A stretch of DNA of 54,496 nucleotides from Candidatus Woesebacteria bacterium RIFCSPLOWO2_01_FULL_39_23. GTDB lineage: Bacteria > Patescibacteriota > Microgenomatia > UBA8517. The notes beneath the pieces were generated by a model. It saw only the letters and a program-made list of their open reading frames with translations, was not told the DNA's origin and ran no database searches. Below, piece after piece: positions 9,050 to 19,209 of this stretch. The translations under genes and the position numbers were made by a program. The stretch covers positions 1 to 54,496 of the forward strand of contig MGHG01000015.1 of the NCBI GenBank assembly GCA_001793095.1, written 5' to 3'. Positions within the stretch are counted from its first letter, which is position 1; each line of letters opens with the position of its first letter.

Positions 9050-10729
9050 ATGTTAATATCCGATGAAAAATTAAAAAAGATACTTGTCGGATCGGGATTT
9101 GTTGGTGAGAAGGAATTTGAAGAGGCTTCAAAAAGTGCCACAGATATAGGTAAAGATATTTCAGATGTGTTGATTTTCAGAGGTTTAATAAGTGAAGATG
9201 CTCTTGGAAAACTTATATCAGAACATCTTAACGTCCCCTACGCTGATGTTAAACGCCTTTTTATTTCTGCGGATATTTTAGGCTTAATTCCCGAGAAGCT
9301 TGCTCGAACTTATCGTATGGTGCCGTTTGAGTTAAAGGGAAAGATACTCAAAGTGGCAATGGAGAATCCGGAAGATTTTGAGGCGATCGAATTTGCGAAA
9401 CGTCAGACCGGCTACGAAATTGTGCCTTATTATGCAAGAGCCGAAGATATTGCACGGGCGTTGGGTCAATATAAGAAGAATATTAAATATGACTTTGACA
9501 AGGAAATTGCCGAGAATCTTAAGAAAGCTTCTCCAGGACAGAATTTAGAGCGGGCAGCTGAAGAAATTCCGATTGTCAGAATATTAAACACAATAATGGA
9601 ATATGCTGTGGCAGAGAGATCAAGCGATGTGCATATCGAAACCCAATCTGAAGATGTAATCGTACGTTTTAGGGTGGATGGGGTACTCCGCGATATTATA
9701 AAATTTCCCCGGGGAGTAGAGGAAGCACTGGTTGCCAGAATAAAAATTCTCTCGAATCTTAAAATAGATGAACACAGAATTCCGCAAGACGGACGGTATA
9801 AATTCAGTATCGATGAAGAAATAATTGCGCTCCGTATTTCTATCATCCCCGGATTTTACGGTGAAAACGTAGTTATGAGGATTTTGCGGGAGACCAATCG
9901 ACCGCTGTCAATGGAAGAATTGGGAATTACTGGAATTTCTCTCAAACTTATCAGAGACAGTATGTTAAAACCTCATGGCATGATTTTAATTACGGGTCCG
10001 ACCGGGTCGGGTAAAACGACTACTTTATACTCGATTCTTAATATTTTAAATACGGTTGAGGTTAAGATTTGTACAATTGAGGACCCAATTGAGTACGGAA
10101 TTAATAGAGTCAGCCAGATTCAGGTAAATCCAAAAACGGGGTTAACATTTGCTACAGGTCTAAGGGCTCTAATGAGGCATGATCCAGATATAATAATGGT
10201 AGGTGAGATTAGAGATAAGGAAACTGCTGAGATAGCAATTCACTCCGCTCTCACGGGCCATTTAGTGTTGTCGACTCTTCATACAAATACCGCAACAGGA
10301 GCAATTCCGAGACTTCTTGACATGGGTACGGAGGCATTCTTACTGGCCTCAACTTTAAACATAATTATTTCCCAGAGACTTGTTCGAAGGATTTGTCCTT
10401 CGTGTATTGCCAAATATACACCTGAGGATGTTTTAGTTAAAAGACTGACAAAAGAACTCGGGGTGGAGCATTCTAAAATTAAATTTTATAAAGGCAAGGG
10501 ATGTGACAATTGTAACCAAAAAGGTTATTCTGGAAGAGTCGGTATTTATGAAATACTTCCAATAACCGAAAAGCTAAGAAATTTAATTATTCAAAAACCA
10601 TCGACAGACGAGTTATTAAAGGTTGCGCAAGACGAAGGTATGGTAACTATGTTACAAGACGGAGTTGATAAAGTTTCGTCGGGATTGACAACAATTGAAG
10701 AAGTATTCAGAGTTGCAAGTGAAACTTGA
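9050..10729 (+). CDS. pilB: Type IV pilus assembly ATPase (PilB/GspE family)
   Basis: SSDVHIE, RIPQDG, Walker A GPTGSGKTT, TIEDPIE, DPDIIMVGEIRD, TGHLVLSTLH, CxxC/CxxC zinc motif. Confidence 0.92.
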   Translation: MLISDEKLKKILVGSGFVGEKEFEEASKSATDIGKDISDVLIFRGLISEDALGKLISEHLNVPYADVKRLFISADILGLIPEKLARTYRMVPFELKGKILKVAMENPEDFEAIEFAKRQTGYEIVPYYARAEDIARALGQYKKNIKYDFDKEIAENLKKASPGQNLERAAEEIPIVRILNTIMEYAVAERSSDVHIETQSEDVIVRFRVDGVLRDIIKFPRGVEEALVARIKILSNLKIDEHRIPQDGRYKFSIDEEIIALRISIIPGFYGENVVMRILRETNRPLSMEELGITGISLKLIRDSMLKPHGMILITGPTGSGKTTTLYSILNILNTVEVKICTIEDPIEYGINRVSQIQVNPKTGLTFATGLRALMRHDPDIIMVGEIRDKETAEIAIHSALTGHLVLSTLHTNTATGAIPRLLDMGTEAFLLASTLNIIISQRLVRRICPSCIAKYTPEDVLVKRLTKELGVEHSKIKFYKGKGCDNCNQKGYSGRVGIYEILPITEKLRNLIIQKPSTDELLKVAQDEGMVTMLQDGVDKVSSGLTTIEEVFRVASET

Positions 10730-10732
10730 TAT

Positions 10733-11941
10733 ATGGCGCTTTACACATACAAGGTAAAAACAAAAAAGGGAGAAATAATAGAAGACGTTGCGCAGGCAAA
10801 TGACAGGAAAGATATTGCAGCTTCCCTCGCGGCTGAAAATTTTCAGATACTAACAATCCGAAAACTTGACACAAAGGCTGCTACAACGTCAGGAGGTGGG
10901 ATTTCAGTTTCCGAAAAAGCTGCTTTTTGCAGATTTCTGGCAACTATGCTCCGGGCTGGTATGACACTGCCTGAAGCAGTTGAGATAATAAAGGAAGAGA
11001 CAAAAAATAAAAAACTGGAAAAAATATTGTATGACCTCTCTTACGAAGTGCGAAAAGGTAAGAGCATATCTTCAGTCTTGTCTAAATATAAAAGAGACTT
11101 CGACGCTACATTTCTAACGTTAGTTAAAGCTGGTGAAGAATCCGGAACTTTAGATAAATCCTTTGACTATCTCGCTAAACAACTATTGGCGACACACGAG
11201 CTAATTCAAAAAATAAAAGGGGCCATGATGTATCCGGCTGTTATTGTCGTCGCCATGTTCGCCAACTTTCTTATCATGCTTGTTTTTGTTCTTCCCAAAC
11301 TGGGTGAAGTCTTTTTTCAGTTGAATGTTCCGCTACCTGTCGCAACAAAATTTATTTTGGGAATTGGGATTTTTGTAGGCAAGAATACAATCCCAGTTAT
11401 TATCGGGACCTCGATAGTATTATTTTTGATCGGAGTGGTTTTCTATACGTATAAAACAAGACTAGCTTTATTTAATTTCTTTTTGAGGCTTCCTGCTATC
11501 AAAAATATTGCGACACAAGTCGACATTGCCAGGTTTTCAAAAACACTTGCAACGCTTCTTAGAAGCGGAGTTCCGATAATGGTAGCTCTTGATGTTAGTT
11601 CGGACGTGATAAAACAACCCCAACTAAAAAAACAATCAAAACTGTTCAGTGCTGGAGTTGCTTCCGGAAAGTCTCTTTCTGAAATTATAACTACTGGTAA
11701 GGGGTCTTTTCCTTCAACGGTTGTGCAAACTATTAAAGCAGGTGAGAAAAGCGGTAGCTTGGAAGAAGTACTTGATGAAATGGCTGATTTTTATGAAAAA
11801 GAGGTGGACTATAACTTAAAAAGGTTAACCAGTTTACTCGAGCCGTTTTTGATGCTTGTGATCGGCGTTGCTGTGGGTGCATTGGTAATAATAATGATTA
11901 CACCAATATATTCTTTGGTTGGTGGTATGGGTAAATTTTGA
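10733..11941 (+). CDS. pilC: Type IV pilus platform protein (PilC/GspF family)
   Basis: Two T2SSF repeats (GEESGTL, GEKSGSL), YP..TM, LEP motif. Confidence 0.92.
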   Translation: MALYTYKVKTKKGEIIEDVAQANDRKDIAASLAAENFQILTIRKLDTKAATTSGGGISVSEKAAFCRFLATMLRAGMTLPEAVEIIKEETKNKKLEKILYDLSYEVRKGKSISSVLSKYKRDFDATFLTLVKAGEESGTLDKSFDYLAKQLLATHELIQKIKGAMMYPAVIVVAMFANFLIMLVFVLPKLGEVFFQLNVPLPVATKFILGIGIFVGKNTIPVIIGTSIVLFLIGVVFYTYKTRLALFNFFLRLPAIKNIATQVDIARFSKTLATLLRSGVPIMVALDVSSDVIKQPQLKKQSKLFSAGVASGKSLSEIITTGKGSFPSTVVQTIKAGEKSGSLEEVLDEMADFYEKEVDYNLKRLTSLLEPFLMLVIGVAVGALVIIMITPIYSLVGGMGKF

Positions 11942-11944
11942 CAG

Positions 11945-12640
11945 ATGGCAAAACCTCTCGACTGGAAAAATCTCTTGAAAGACCCGATTAATGTCGCGAT
12001 TTTTATATTTATTTTGTTAATTGTCACGATAGGCATTGTTAGTTTATTAAGAGCCGTTTTTATAAAAAAATCTTCTCTCGGGATAACCGAAGAGCAAATT
12101 AAAGTTCAAAGAGGAGACGATATTTTAATAGTTAATAGTAATGGTTTGGTTGAATATCATTACAAAGATAACGTGTTTTATGAAACGTGGGATTCCGGGA
12201 AAATAAGTTCGTTTTTTTCAAGTATGGAAGCGAAAGCGAAGCAATATGCAAAAAATAAAAGTGACTGTAAATATCAAGTAACAATGTATATTAATGGGCG
12301 ATTGACAGAATTTTGTATTGGCTCAGGTGACAAAGAAATGGATAGCGTGTTTAATGATTTAGACCAGAGTGTAACGGGAGGTTCGATATCCGAGTTCTTT
12401 GATCCTGATGAGACGGAAGATGAAAGTGGAAACGAAGATTTGTCGGAGATTAATTATTTCCCTACACCAAGTTCGGTTCCGACTGTAAATCCCACTCCCA
12501 CAACGCAACCGGCAGCTGGCGGGCAGACAAATTATCCACCCATAAAAGCAGATTGCGAAACTTGGAGCAGTTCAATTGTCAGAAATCGGGCGATTATTTC
12601 AAATACTTACTGTACTGTTTTGCCTACTCCAACGCCATAA
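11945..12640 (+). CDS. Hypothetical membrane-anchored protein with Pro/Thr-rich tail
   Basis: Single N-terminal TM; translationally close to pilC. Confidence 0.6.
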   Translation: MAKPLDWKNLLKDPINVAIFIFILLIVTIGIVSLLRAVFIKKSSLGITEEQIKVQRGDDILIVNSNGLVEYHYKDNVFYETWDSGKISSFFSSMEAKAKQYAKNKSDCKYQVTMYINGRLTEFCIGSGDKEMDSVFNDLDQSVTGGSISEFFDPDETEDESGNEDLSEINYFPTPSSVPTVNPTPTTQPAAGGQTNYPPIKADCETWSSSIVRNRAIISNTYCTVLPTPTP

Positions 12641-12648
12641 ATAAAACT

Positions 12649-14163
12649 TCATTCCTCTGTCCAGGAAATAAAACGGTATTCACCCGTACTGGGGAAATAC
12701 GGGGGGGGCGCATAAAGAGCATTTGTATCAAAGTTAATCTCTCTTACCCTAAATCCGGATTCGGGACCTGATCCGAAATTCCAATACGACTTGAAATAAG
12801 TAATAATCGATCCGTTTATTGTTAATTTTTCTTTAACAGCCCAATCGGTTCCACCACACCAATTGAAGTACCCATGCCGTAGAATTGTTCCCTGCTGTGC
12901 GATCATTATTGCATCGACCTGAAAATAATCAGGCACATCTCTTGTGAAGTAGATATCATTTTCTGCAACCAGTCCGAGGACGTCCGAACCATCTTGACTG
13001 GAGTAGGTGATGCTATTTGGTATCCAAATAACTGCACTGCTCGAGGTTATCGGAAATCTTACGGCAGCTACCGTAATTCTGCCTTTAACCTCTCCCTCGA
13101 CCCATAAATCATCTTCTGCAAAAAGGATTGGTGTTTCGATAATGTTATATGTTCCGACATAACTCTCATTGGTTATTAGCATGTAATTATTTCTGCATCC
13201 GCCTTTGCCGAATTCACCCAAACCCTGGCCCGGTACAGCATAACCTCTGAGTTTATCCGTTGCCTCTATCTTATTAACCCGATATGTTCCGTCTCCCAGG
13301 AAAAGGATGTGATATCCAAGCGCATCAGATGAACCGAGATAAAGGCCATTATCAATGGCTGACTGCTTCATGCTGGTAAAGTCCAAAGAAATGCTGTCCA
13401 AGTCAACGTACGAATAAGGAAATTGCCAGAGTGCTTGGTCACCGCCTATTCCCCATACTCCAGGTTTTTCCTCGGGAGGATGGCAGCCGGTTTCACTTCC
13501 ACACATATAAGTTGATTGGTAACTGGATACAATTGAAGTATTGGTTCCATCCATTCTGATGCCGTTATTTGAGTGTACTCTGCCGTTGACAACCGATCCT
13601 ACTCCGTACCATGCACTTGCATTCGACAGGAATGAAAATTCAGCCAGCGAGGGAATTCCATACTGCGCTTTTATTGTTCTTGTGATATTTGGATATTCTT
13701 TTACCCAACCGGTCGAATGTATCGTAACTATAGAGGAGCCGCCTGTCGGTTCATCTATGGTAAGCGAATATCCTCCGATAACCGAACCTTGAGGATCTTT
13801 ATATTCATGGTTATATGGTCCCGGGCCGCCGGTCCCGTCTTTAAAGTCTCCGGGTGCATGGGATAGGTGCCATTTATAGTAATTGACTCCAGCTTCGGCA
13901 ATATGAAGTGCCCGCTCAGATGCTGTTTGTCTATTGGAAAATTCCATCTGGAGACCCAGGATAAAAAGTAAACCATAGATAATTATTATAAAAGACGTGG
14001 TGATGATAAGAATAGCGGGCGTCGCCGAACCCCTTCGACTCCTTCGATTGCACTCAGGACAAGTTCGCTCAGGGTTAACAACCCTTCGGCTGGGCTCAGG
14101 GTTAACAACCCTTCGGCTGGGTTCAGAGTATGATCTTAGTTTGTTTCTATTCATATTGAACAT
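12649..14163 (-). CDS. PilX-like minor pilin / pilus accessory protein with repeat-expanded leader
   Basis: G|SATPAIL hydrophobic helix, ALHIAEAGVNYY PilX-type motif, GRVHSN, PPPYFP end. Confidence 0.7.
   Translation of the reverse strand: MFNMNRNKLRSYSEPSRRVVNPEPSRRVVNPERTCPECNRRSRRGSATPAILIITTSFIIIIYGLLFILGLQMEFSNRQTASERALHIAEAGVNYYKWHLSHAPGDFKDGTGGPGPYNHEYKDPQGSVIGGYSLTIDEPTGGSSIVTIHSTGWVKEYPNITRTIKAQYGIPSLAEFSFLSNASAWYGVGSVVNGRVHSNNGIRMDGTNTSIVSSYQSTYMCGSETGCHPPEEKPGVWGIGGDQALWQFPYSYVDLDSISLDFTSMKQSAIDNGLYLGSSDALGYHILFLGDGTYRVNKIEATDKLRGYAVPGQGLGEFGKGGCRNNYMLITNESYVGTYNIIETPILFAEDDLWVEGEVKGRITVAAVRFPITSSSAVIWIPNSITYSSQDGSDVLGLVAENDIYFTRDVPDYFQVDAIMIAQQGTILRHGYFNWCGGTDWAVKEKLTINGSIITYFKSYWNFGSGPESGFRVREINFDTNALYAPPPYFPSTGEYRFISWTEE
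14031..14130. repeat. Tandem and nested REP-like units (27-bp CCCTTCGGCTGGGCTCAGGGTTAACAA) inside a CDS
   Basis: Three units; the first is interrupted by a 24-bp related unit CCTTCGATTGCACTCAGGACAAGT. Encodes EPSRRVVNPEPSRRVVNPERTCPECNRRSRR. Confidence 0.85.
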
Positions 14164-14165
14164 AA

Positions 14166-14783
14166 CTATAAATTATCCTTTAACATTCTAATCTGGCCAA
14201 AAGATTCCAATTCATAATTTTTATTAGGATCATTCGTTAATGTGTTAACAATAAGATAAATCTTTATAATTCTAGTATCGGATAGTCTGTTTGCGGCGGC
14301 AAGGGGATTATTTGTTACATCTTCCGGCCAGTCTGAATTGTAATAATAAAATACCGGGCTGGTCCCGTTCCTGACGTTTGTTGTAAGAGTTGTTTGAACT
14401 TCGTTCGCCGGAAGATATGTAAACGGATACCCGGTCGGTTCGATTACACCTTTAATAAAGTTTGTTCCGGAAAGAGAATAACGTACCTTTTCTGTAACTC
14501 CGTCAAGGTCTATGTCCGAATAGAATTTAATCTCGGAATCATTGAGCGTATCGAACAAATATGCACCATTGTCACTCATTTTTGCAGCTCTTATTTCTTT
14601 AATAAATGTGGTAACAGATACATTTGCTTCATCTAATGATTTGTAGCTATTGATCACGAGGACTTGGTTCTTTCCGAGAACATACTGGAGAGATACAATT
14701 CCAAGACCCAGAATTCCCAGTATTGTCATGGCAACCAGAACTTCAATCAGAGTCATTCCGCGGCTATTTTTAAAAGCGATCAT
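14166..14783 (-). CDS. Minor pilin (PilW-like)
   Basis: Class III signal RG|MTLIEVLVAM with Glu at +5. Confidence 0.85.
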   Translation of the reverse strand: MIAFKNSRGMTLIEVLVAMTILGILGLGIVSLQYVLGKNQVLVINSYKSLDEANVSVTTFIKEIRAAKMSDNGAYLFDTLNDSEIKFYSDIDLDGVTEKVRYSLSGTNFIKGVIEPTGYPFTYLPANEVQTTLTTNVRNGTSPVFYYYNSDWPEDVTNNPLAAANRLSDTRIIKIYLIVNTLTNDPNKNYELESFGQIRMLKDNL

Positions 14784-14787
14784 ATTA

Positions 14788-16137
14788 TTACTCGGGAGTC
14801 ATTATTATTTTTTCTTCTTTATAACCCACTATATCGAGAGTGCCGTTGAAATTTATAAAGCCGGAAGCAGTTGCGACTAAGTTATAAATCTTATTGTCGA
14901 GAGAAGAAAAAAACGATTCTCCAAAATCGGGATGTGTTGCAATTCCGCTTGATGCCGAAGCAACAAGAGTTGAGGCATCGTATAAGTTTGCCGAGACTGA
15001 GGCGATTTGAGTATCGGCCGGGTCAGTAAAAACAACCAAGACGTTATTTGTTGTATGGCCTGTTAAAGCAAATTTTAGGTCAATTTGTGTATCGGGTGTC
15101 AAACCGATTGGGTGGTATGGAGTTATGCCTGAAATATCCCACCCAGTTGCCGAATCAACGGTTATTTGATAATTATCCCACTCAAGATCGGGAATTGTAA
15201 CTTTACCGTCGCTTCCGGTCACAAAAATATCTTCGTACTTATAAACCGGCGAATCGTCTGAATCTGTCCCGATAATCTTTTCACCTCTTATATTAAAGCT
15301 AATGTTTGATAGGCTTTCAAAGTTATTTTCCCTATCTTTGTATGAATAAGCTGTTATTGTCGAAAGTTTATCGATTGCGAAGGAGATCTCGCTGAGCTGC
15401 TTTGAATATATTGAGAGGTTTGGTTTGTCCGGATTGACTACTTCGGCTACCGAGTAAGTTCTGTCTGTACTGTAACCTTCTTTCGTGACGCTTATTTGGT
15501 AGCAAGAATTAGTACATGGGGGCGCTCCCGGAAGAATAACCCGGCCATTAACGTCGGTATCTAAATTTAAATCAACTGCTGGAGTCGTTCCCGCCTGTAT
15601 GGTTACAGTAGCTCCGGAAACAGGCTGGGCATTAGCATCGAATACCAGTATCGAGAGTGTGCCTCCTCCTGTCGTCGTTTCTATTCCGGCCGGCGAAATG
15701 TCCGTGATAATCGTGATAGGACTTCCCCTCGAAGGCGTTAGTCCTTCCCAGGAAATATCGATTTTTATTCTTTTATAATCCGTTGCTAGAAGATCGGCGG
15801 GTGCCAGCTGATCGAACTGATCGTCGATATAAACAATACTTGTAACTATCTGGTAATTTAAGCCATTTCTTTGTACTGTCTCGTTTTGCAGTAGATCGCC
15901 TGACGGAATTCCGCCAACTGTTCCGATTTGGGAGTAAGGCATATTTCGGATTTCTTCAATTTTTTCCTGGGCTAAATGTTTACCCACATTGCGGGCGCGG
16001 TTATAAGTCGTGATTGAATAGGACGTTGAAAGAAGAGTAAAAAGAGCTTGTGAGAGTATTATAAAAAGAGCAAGCGAGATTAAAACACTGATTAAAACTT
16101 GAGCTCTGTAACGATTTTGGTATTTGGGCAGCCTCAT
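14788..16137 (-). CDS. PilV-like minor pilin with Ig/carboxypeptidase-regulatory-like domains
   Basis: N-terminal hydrophobic helix, LAQEKIEEIRNMPY, V.D...QPVSGATV, YQISVTKEGY. Confidence 0.65.
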   Translation of the reverse strand: MRLPKYQNRYRAQVLISVLISLALFIILSQALFTLLSTSYSITTYNRARNVGKHLAQEKIEEIRNMPYSQIGTVGGIPSGDLLQNETVQRNGLNYQIVTSIVYIDDQFDQLAPADLLATDYKRIKIDISWEGLTPSRGSPITIITDISPAGIETTTGGGTLSILVFDANAQPVSGATVTIQAGTTPAVDLNLDTDVNGRVILPGAPPCTNSCYQISVTKEGYSTDRTYSVAEVVNPDKPNLSIYSKQLSEISFAIDKLSTITAYSYKDRENNFESLSNISFNIRGEKIIGTDSDDSPVYKYEDIFVTGSDGKVTIPDLEWDNYQITVDSATGWDISGITPYHPIGLTPDTQIDLKFALTGHTTNNVLVVFTDPADTQIASVSANLYDASTLVASASSGIATHPDFGESFFSSLDNKIYNLVATASGFINFNGTLDIVGYKEEKIIMTPE

Positions 16138-16143
16138 AGCAAT

Positions 16144-16267
16144 TTCAAGGAAACCGTGGGCCCTTAGCCCACGGAGGAATTGACAACGTCAAACGTTGGT
16201 TATTCACTTGATATGTCATTCTCTTTCAAAAGTGAAACCGCGGACTCGCAGTCCACGGAGAGTGTCA
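16144..16267 (+). mobile_element. Miniature non-autonomous IS200/IS605-like element (PATE-like), copy 1
   Basis: TTCAAG-hairpin(CCGTGGGC..GCCCACGG)-GAATTGA ... GAAA-hairpin(CCGCGGAC..GTCCACGG)-AGAGTGTCA. Confidence 0.6.
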
Positions 16268-16333
16268 TAATATCCAGTATAACATTTCTGATTACAACTT
16301 AAGTTATTTTAGTTATAATAAAGGTGTCCTGCC

Positions 16334-17734
16334 ATGAATAAAAAAGCTTTTGTTTCACTTTTCTTTTCTTCCGATAAGTTACAGGTAGTAAAGCTGTCTG
16401 CTGCTAGGAAAAAAGTGGAAACTTTTGCGACTATCGACCTTCCCAATGGGCTTATTGTAAATCATGAAGTAAAAGATACAGATGCTTTAGGAGGAATCTT
16501 AAAGAAACTGTGGTCTAAATTGCATCTTAGAGAAAAGAGTGTCGGAATAGTTGTACCTGAGTTTTCAACCTTCATTAAAGGTATGAATATGCCGAAGCTT
16601 GAAGGAGATGAGCTGGACGAGGCAGTCCGTTGGCACGCTGAAGAATTCTTGCCGATTGATCCGAAGGAAATGATAGTAGACTGGAAAATAATCGGCAGCG
16701 ACGCATTCGAATACCAGGTGCTTTTGGTAGCTATAAAGGAGTCGATATTAGCAGGTTATGTTAATGCAGCAGCAAGCGCGGGATTATATCCGTTGGTTGT
16801 TGAAACACCTTCGATCTCGCTTGCCAGAGTAGCCAATACTCCACAGGCAAAAATAATTCTCTATACTGCTTTTGATGAAATAATACTTGTGTTAACAGTC
16901 AGCGAAAAAGTGATAACCAGTTCGGTTTTATCCTATGACAATGCGACAGAGGTAATAAGTACGGTTAACAGGATGATGCATCATTACAAGGATTTGAATA
17001 TCGAAAGTATTTATGTCGGGGGAGTAGGAATAAATACGGATTTTCTAAATGACTTAGGGCAAAAAAGCGGAGTTAAGCTCGAAAAAATTAGTGTTCCCGT
17101 CAGTGGTATGACAGCTGATGATGTTCAAAGGTATATAGTTCCAGTATCACTTCAATTTAAAGACCCGGCGGAACCGGTTTCTGCTGCTACTATTAATTTG
17201 CTGCCCGAGCCGGTTGTCAAAAAGTATGAGAAGAAGCGCCTTAACCTTCAAATTTGGAGTTTACTTATGCTGGTTACTTTAATGGTTGTAGCTTCCTTTT
17301 TGACGACACTCGGATCATATATTTATATGACCCAGCAAATATCGAGCCAGAAATCAAAGGTAGTAAATGTTGTTACAGCAAATACTAAAAACAAAGACGC
17401 ATCAATGAAGATTAAGGCGGTTAATGACAATACGGATAAGGTTATGAAAATTTTGTCACTAAGTACACCTCCCCAAGAGGCATTTAACGCTATTTATAAA
17501 TCTAAGCCTGCTGGCGTTACACTCAGCAGTTACCGTGTTGATTTGGAAAAAAATACAATTTCAATTGCCGGAATTTCTGCAACCCGCGACGATTTAATAG
17601 CCTTTAAACAGGAGATTGAGAAAAGCGGAGTTTTCGGAAAAGTTACCCTTCCCTTAGCTGCATTTGAAGTTCAAAACGATCTTAATTTTTCCTTAAATTT
17701 TACGTATTTAAATCCGAGTGCGGTTAAAAAATGA
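16334..17734 (+). CDS. pilM: PilM-PilN fusion
   Basis: Actin-like PilM region (ELDEAVRW.AE.FLP, VDWKII, IYVGG), then INLLP motif, TM helix and ferredoxin-like PilN domain. Confidence 0.75.
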   Translation: MNKKAFVSLFFSSDKLQVVKLSAARKKVETFATIDLPNGLIVNHEVKDTDALGGILKKLWSKLHLREKSVGIVVPEFSTFIKGMNMPKLEGDELDEAVRWHAEEFLPIDPKEMIVDWKIIGSDAFEYQVLLVAIKESILAGYVNAAASAGLYPLVVETPSISLARVANTPQAKIILYTAFDEIILVLTVSEKVITSSVLSYDNATEVISTVNRMMHHYKDLNIESIYVGGVGINTDFLNDLGQKSGVKLEKISVPVSGMTADDVQRYIVPVSLQFKDPAEPVSAATINLLPEPVVKKYEKKRLNLQIWSLLMLVTLMVVASFLTTLGSYIYMTQQISSQKSKVVNVVTANTKNKDASMKIKAVNDNTDKVMKILSLSTPPQEAFNAIYKSKPAGVTLSSYRVDLEKNTISIAGISATRDDLIAFKQEIEKSGVFGKVTLPLAAFEVQNDLNFSLNFTYLNPSAVKK

Positions 17735-17762
17735 TCCTTCGATAAAGTTTACGAATAATAAT

Positions 17763-18404
17763 ATGGATAAAAAACGAGAAAATACGCAGATAAAAGAAGA
17801 CAAGACAGAAGTAGCTAAAAATACCATGCTTAATGAAACTATGAAGCCGGAGAGGGCTAAGAAAATTTCAAAATCAAAAGGGAAATCTTTCCCTGTTTTT
17901 GCCTTCGTTGGTGTGCTTATTTTAGCTCTGATGACTTTAACGGTTATTATTTTGTCTTCATTAGACTCCAAGGCGCAGGAGCTGAAAAAACTTAGAAACG
18001 AAGCACTCGACGCTCAAGCTAGCTCGAGAGTTGAAAAGGAGGATTTGGATATAAAATCTATCCAGGAAAATGTCGAAAAAATCAACTCGCTTTTTCCCAA
18101 TGAAACAGGACTTGTTAATTTTGTAAGAGAAATAGAAAAAATGAAGGAAGGCGGAGTTGTTAAGGGAATTTCTTTTGTCAGTCAGGACGCAGTTCGGGAT
18201 AAGAATAAATATTTGGGCATACCATTTGTAATAGACATGGAAGGGAGTTGGGAAAGTATCGATTTGGCACTTCAAGGTATCGAAAAATTACCTTATTTGG
18301 TTCGGACAATTACAGTTGAAGCGAGGGTAAGTGAGGGAGGGGGTGTAAACTTTAAGTACGGAGGTTTTATTTATGTCGATGAAAGCCTTGCAAAAAATAG
18401 ATAA
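17763..18404 (+). CDS. PilO-like protein
   Basis: TM, coiled coil, LFP..GSW..L..IEKLP pattern; follows pilMN. Confidence 0.6.
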   Translation: MDKKRENTQIKEDKTEVAKNTMLNETMKPERAKKISKSKGKSFPVFAFVGVLILALMTLTVIILSSLDSKAQELKKLRNEALDAQASSRVEKEDLDIKSIQENVEKINSLFPNETGLVNFVREIEKMKEGGVVKGISFVSQDAVRDKNKYLGIPFVIDMEGSWESIDLALQGIEKLPYLVRTITVEARVSEGGGVNFKYGGFIYVDESLAKNR

Positions 18405-18609
18405 ATTTTATGTAGTTTTTATCCTGTCAATGGTCGTGATGGGGATATTTCTGATTTATACATTCAGGTCAATTTTTACGTCGGTAACGACCTCAGGGGA
18501 TGTGGAAACAAAGGTTACTGAAGCAGAGCTTCGCATTGATAGGGAGAAATTGGGGAATGTTCTAAAAAGTTATAATGAAAGAAAGATTGTTCCCCTCGAG
18601 ATAAGATGA
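18373..18609 (+). CDS. Small membrane protein of the pilus operon
   Basis: Single TM, overlaps the end of the pilO-like gene. Confidence 0.55.
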   Translation: MSMKALQKIDKFYVVFILSMVVMGIFLIYTFRSIFTSVTTSGDVETKVTEAELRIDREKLGNVLKSYNERKIVPLEIR

Positions 18610-18653
18610 TAAAGTTAATTGGTAGTAGGTAGAAAGTAGAATGAATTAAGGGT

Positions 18654-19136
18654 ATGCAAAATTCCAAATACATTATACATAATACAACATACCGGGCGTT
18701 TACATTTATCGAGATGCTTTTGGTAATGAGTATTATCGGGATTTTGGCAACTGTCATGGTTGTCGTTGTTAACCCTGCACACCAGCTTGCAAAAGCTAGG
18801 GATACGCAACGCGAAACCGATATATATTCAATAGTTGCTACCATTCAGCAATATGCAGCCGAACATGGCGGAACTTTCCCTGATACCGATGGTGATCCGG
18901 ACACCAGTAATTTCCCGACAACATTAACTTGTATCGGAACAGGTGGAGGTTGCTTCAACTTAGCGGGTGCTGGAGACGGAACAGATTCTATAGTGCCGAC
19001 TTATGTTGCATCTCTTCCGAAAGATCCGAAAATAGGAAGCACTGAGGATAGCGGTTACTTAATCATGGTTGATGCTAATAAGCATCTCACAGCCTCCGCT
19101 TCAGGCGAAACAAAAACAATAACCTTGACAAAATAA
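18654..19136 (+). CDS. Type IV pilin
   Basis: A|FTFIEMLLVMSIIGILA, ARDTQR, LPKDP. Confidence 0.9.
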   Translation: MQNSKYIIHNTTYRAFTFIEMLLVMSIIGILATVMVVVVNPAHQLAKARDTQRETDIYSIVATIQQYAAEHGGTFPDTDGDPDTSNFPTTLTCIGTGGGCFNLAGAGDGTDSIVPTYVASLPKDPKIGSTEDSGYLIMVDANKHLTASASGETKTITLTK

Positions 19137-19209
19137 CAGAACTATATTCCTCTTGCATTACAAAACTTCCATCTTATAATACAACTAGATAACCTACCCG
19201 GATACTTAA

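Noticed and set aside
8715-9141. ORFs 8715..8933 and 8896..9141
   Set aside because: They overlap the RNase P RNA and the pilB start and are spurious.
14031-14130. CRISPR array
   Set aside because: The units are contiguous or nested without unique spacers, and there are no cas genes.
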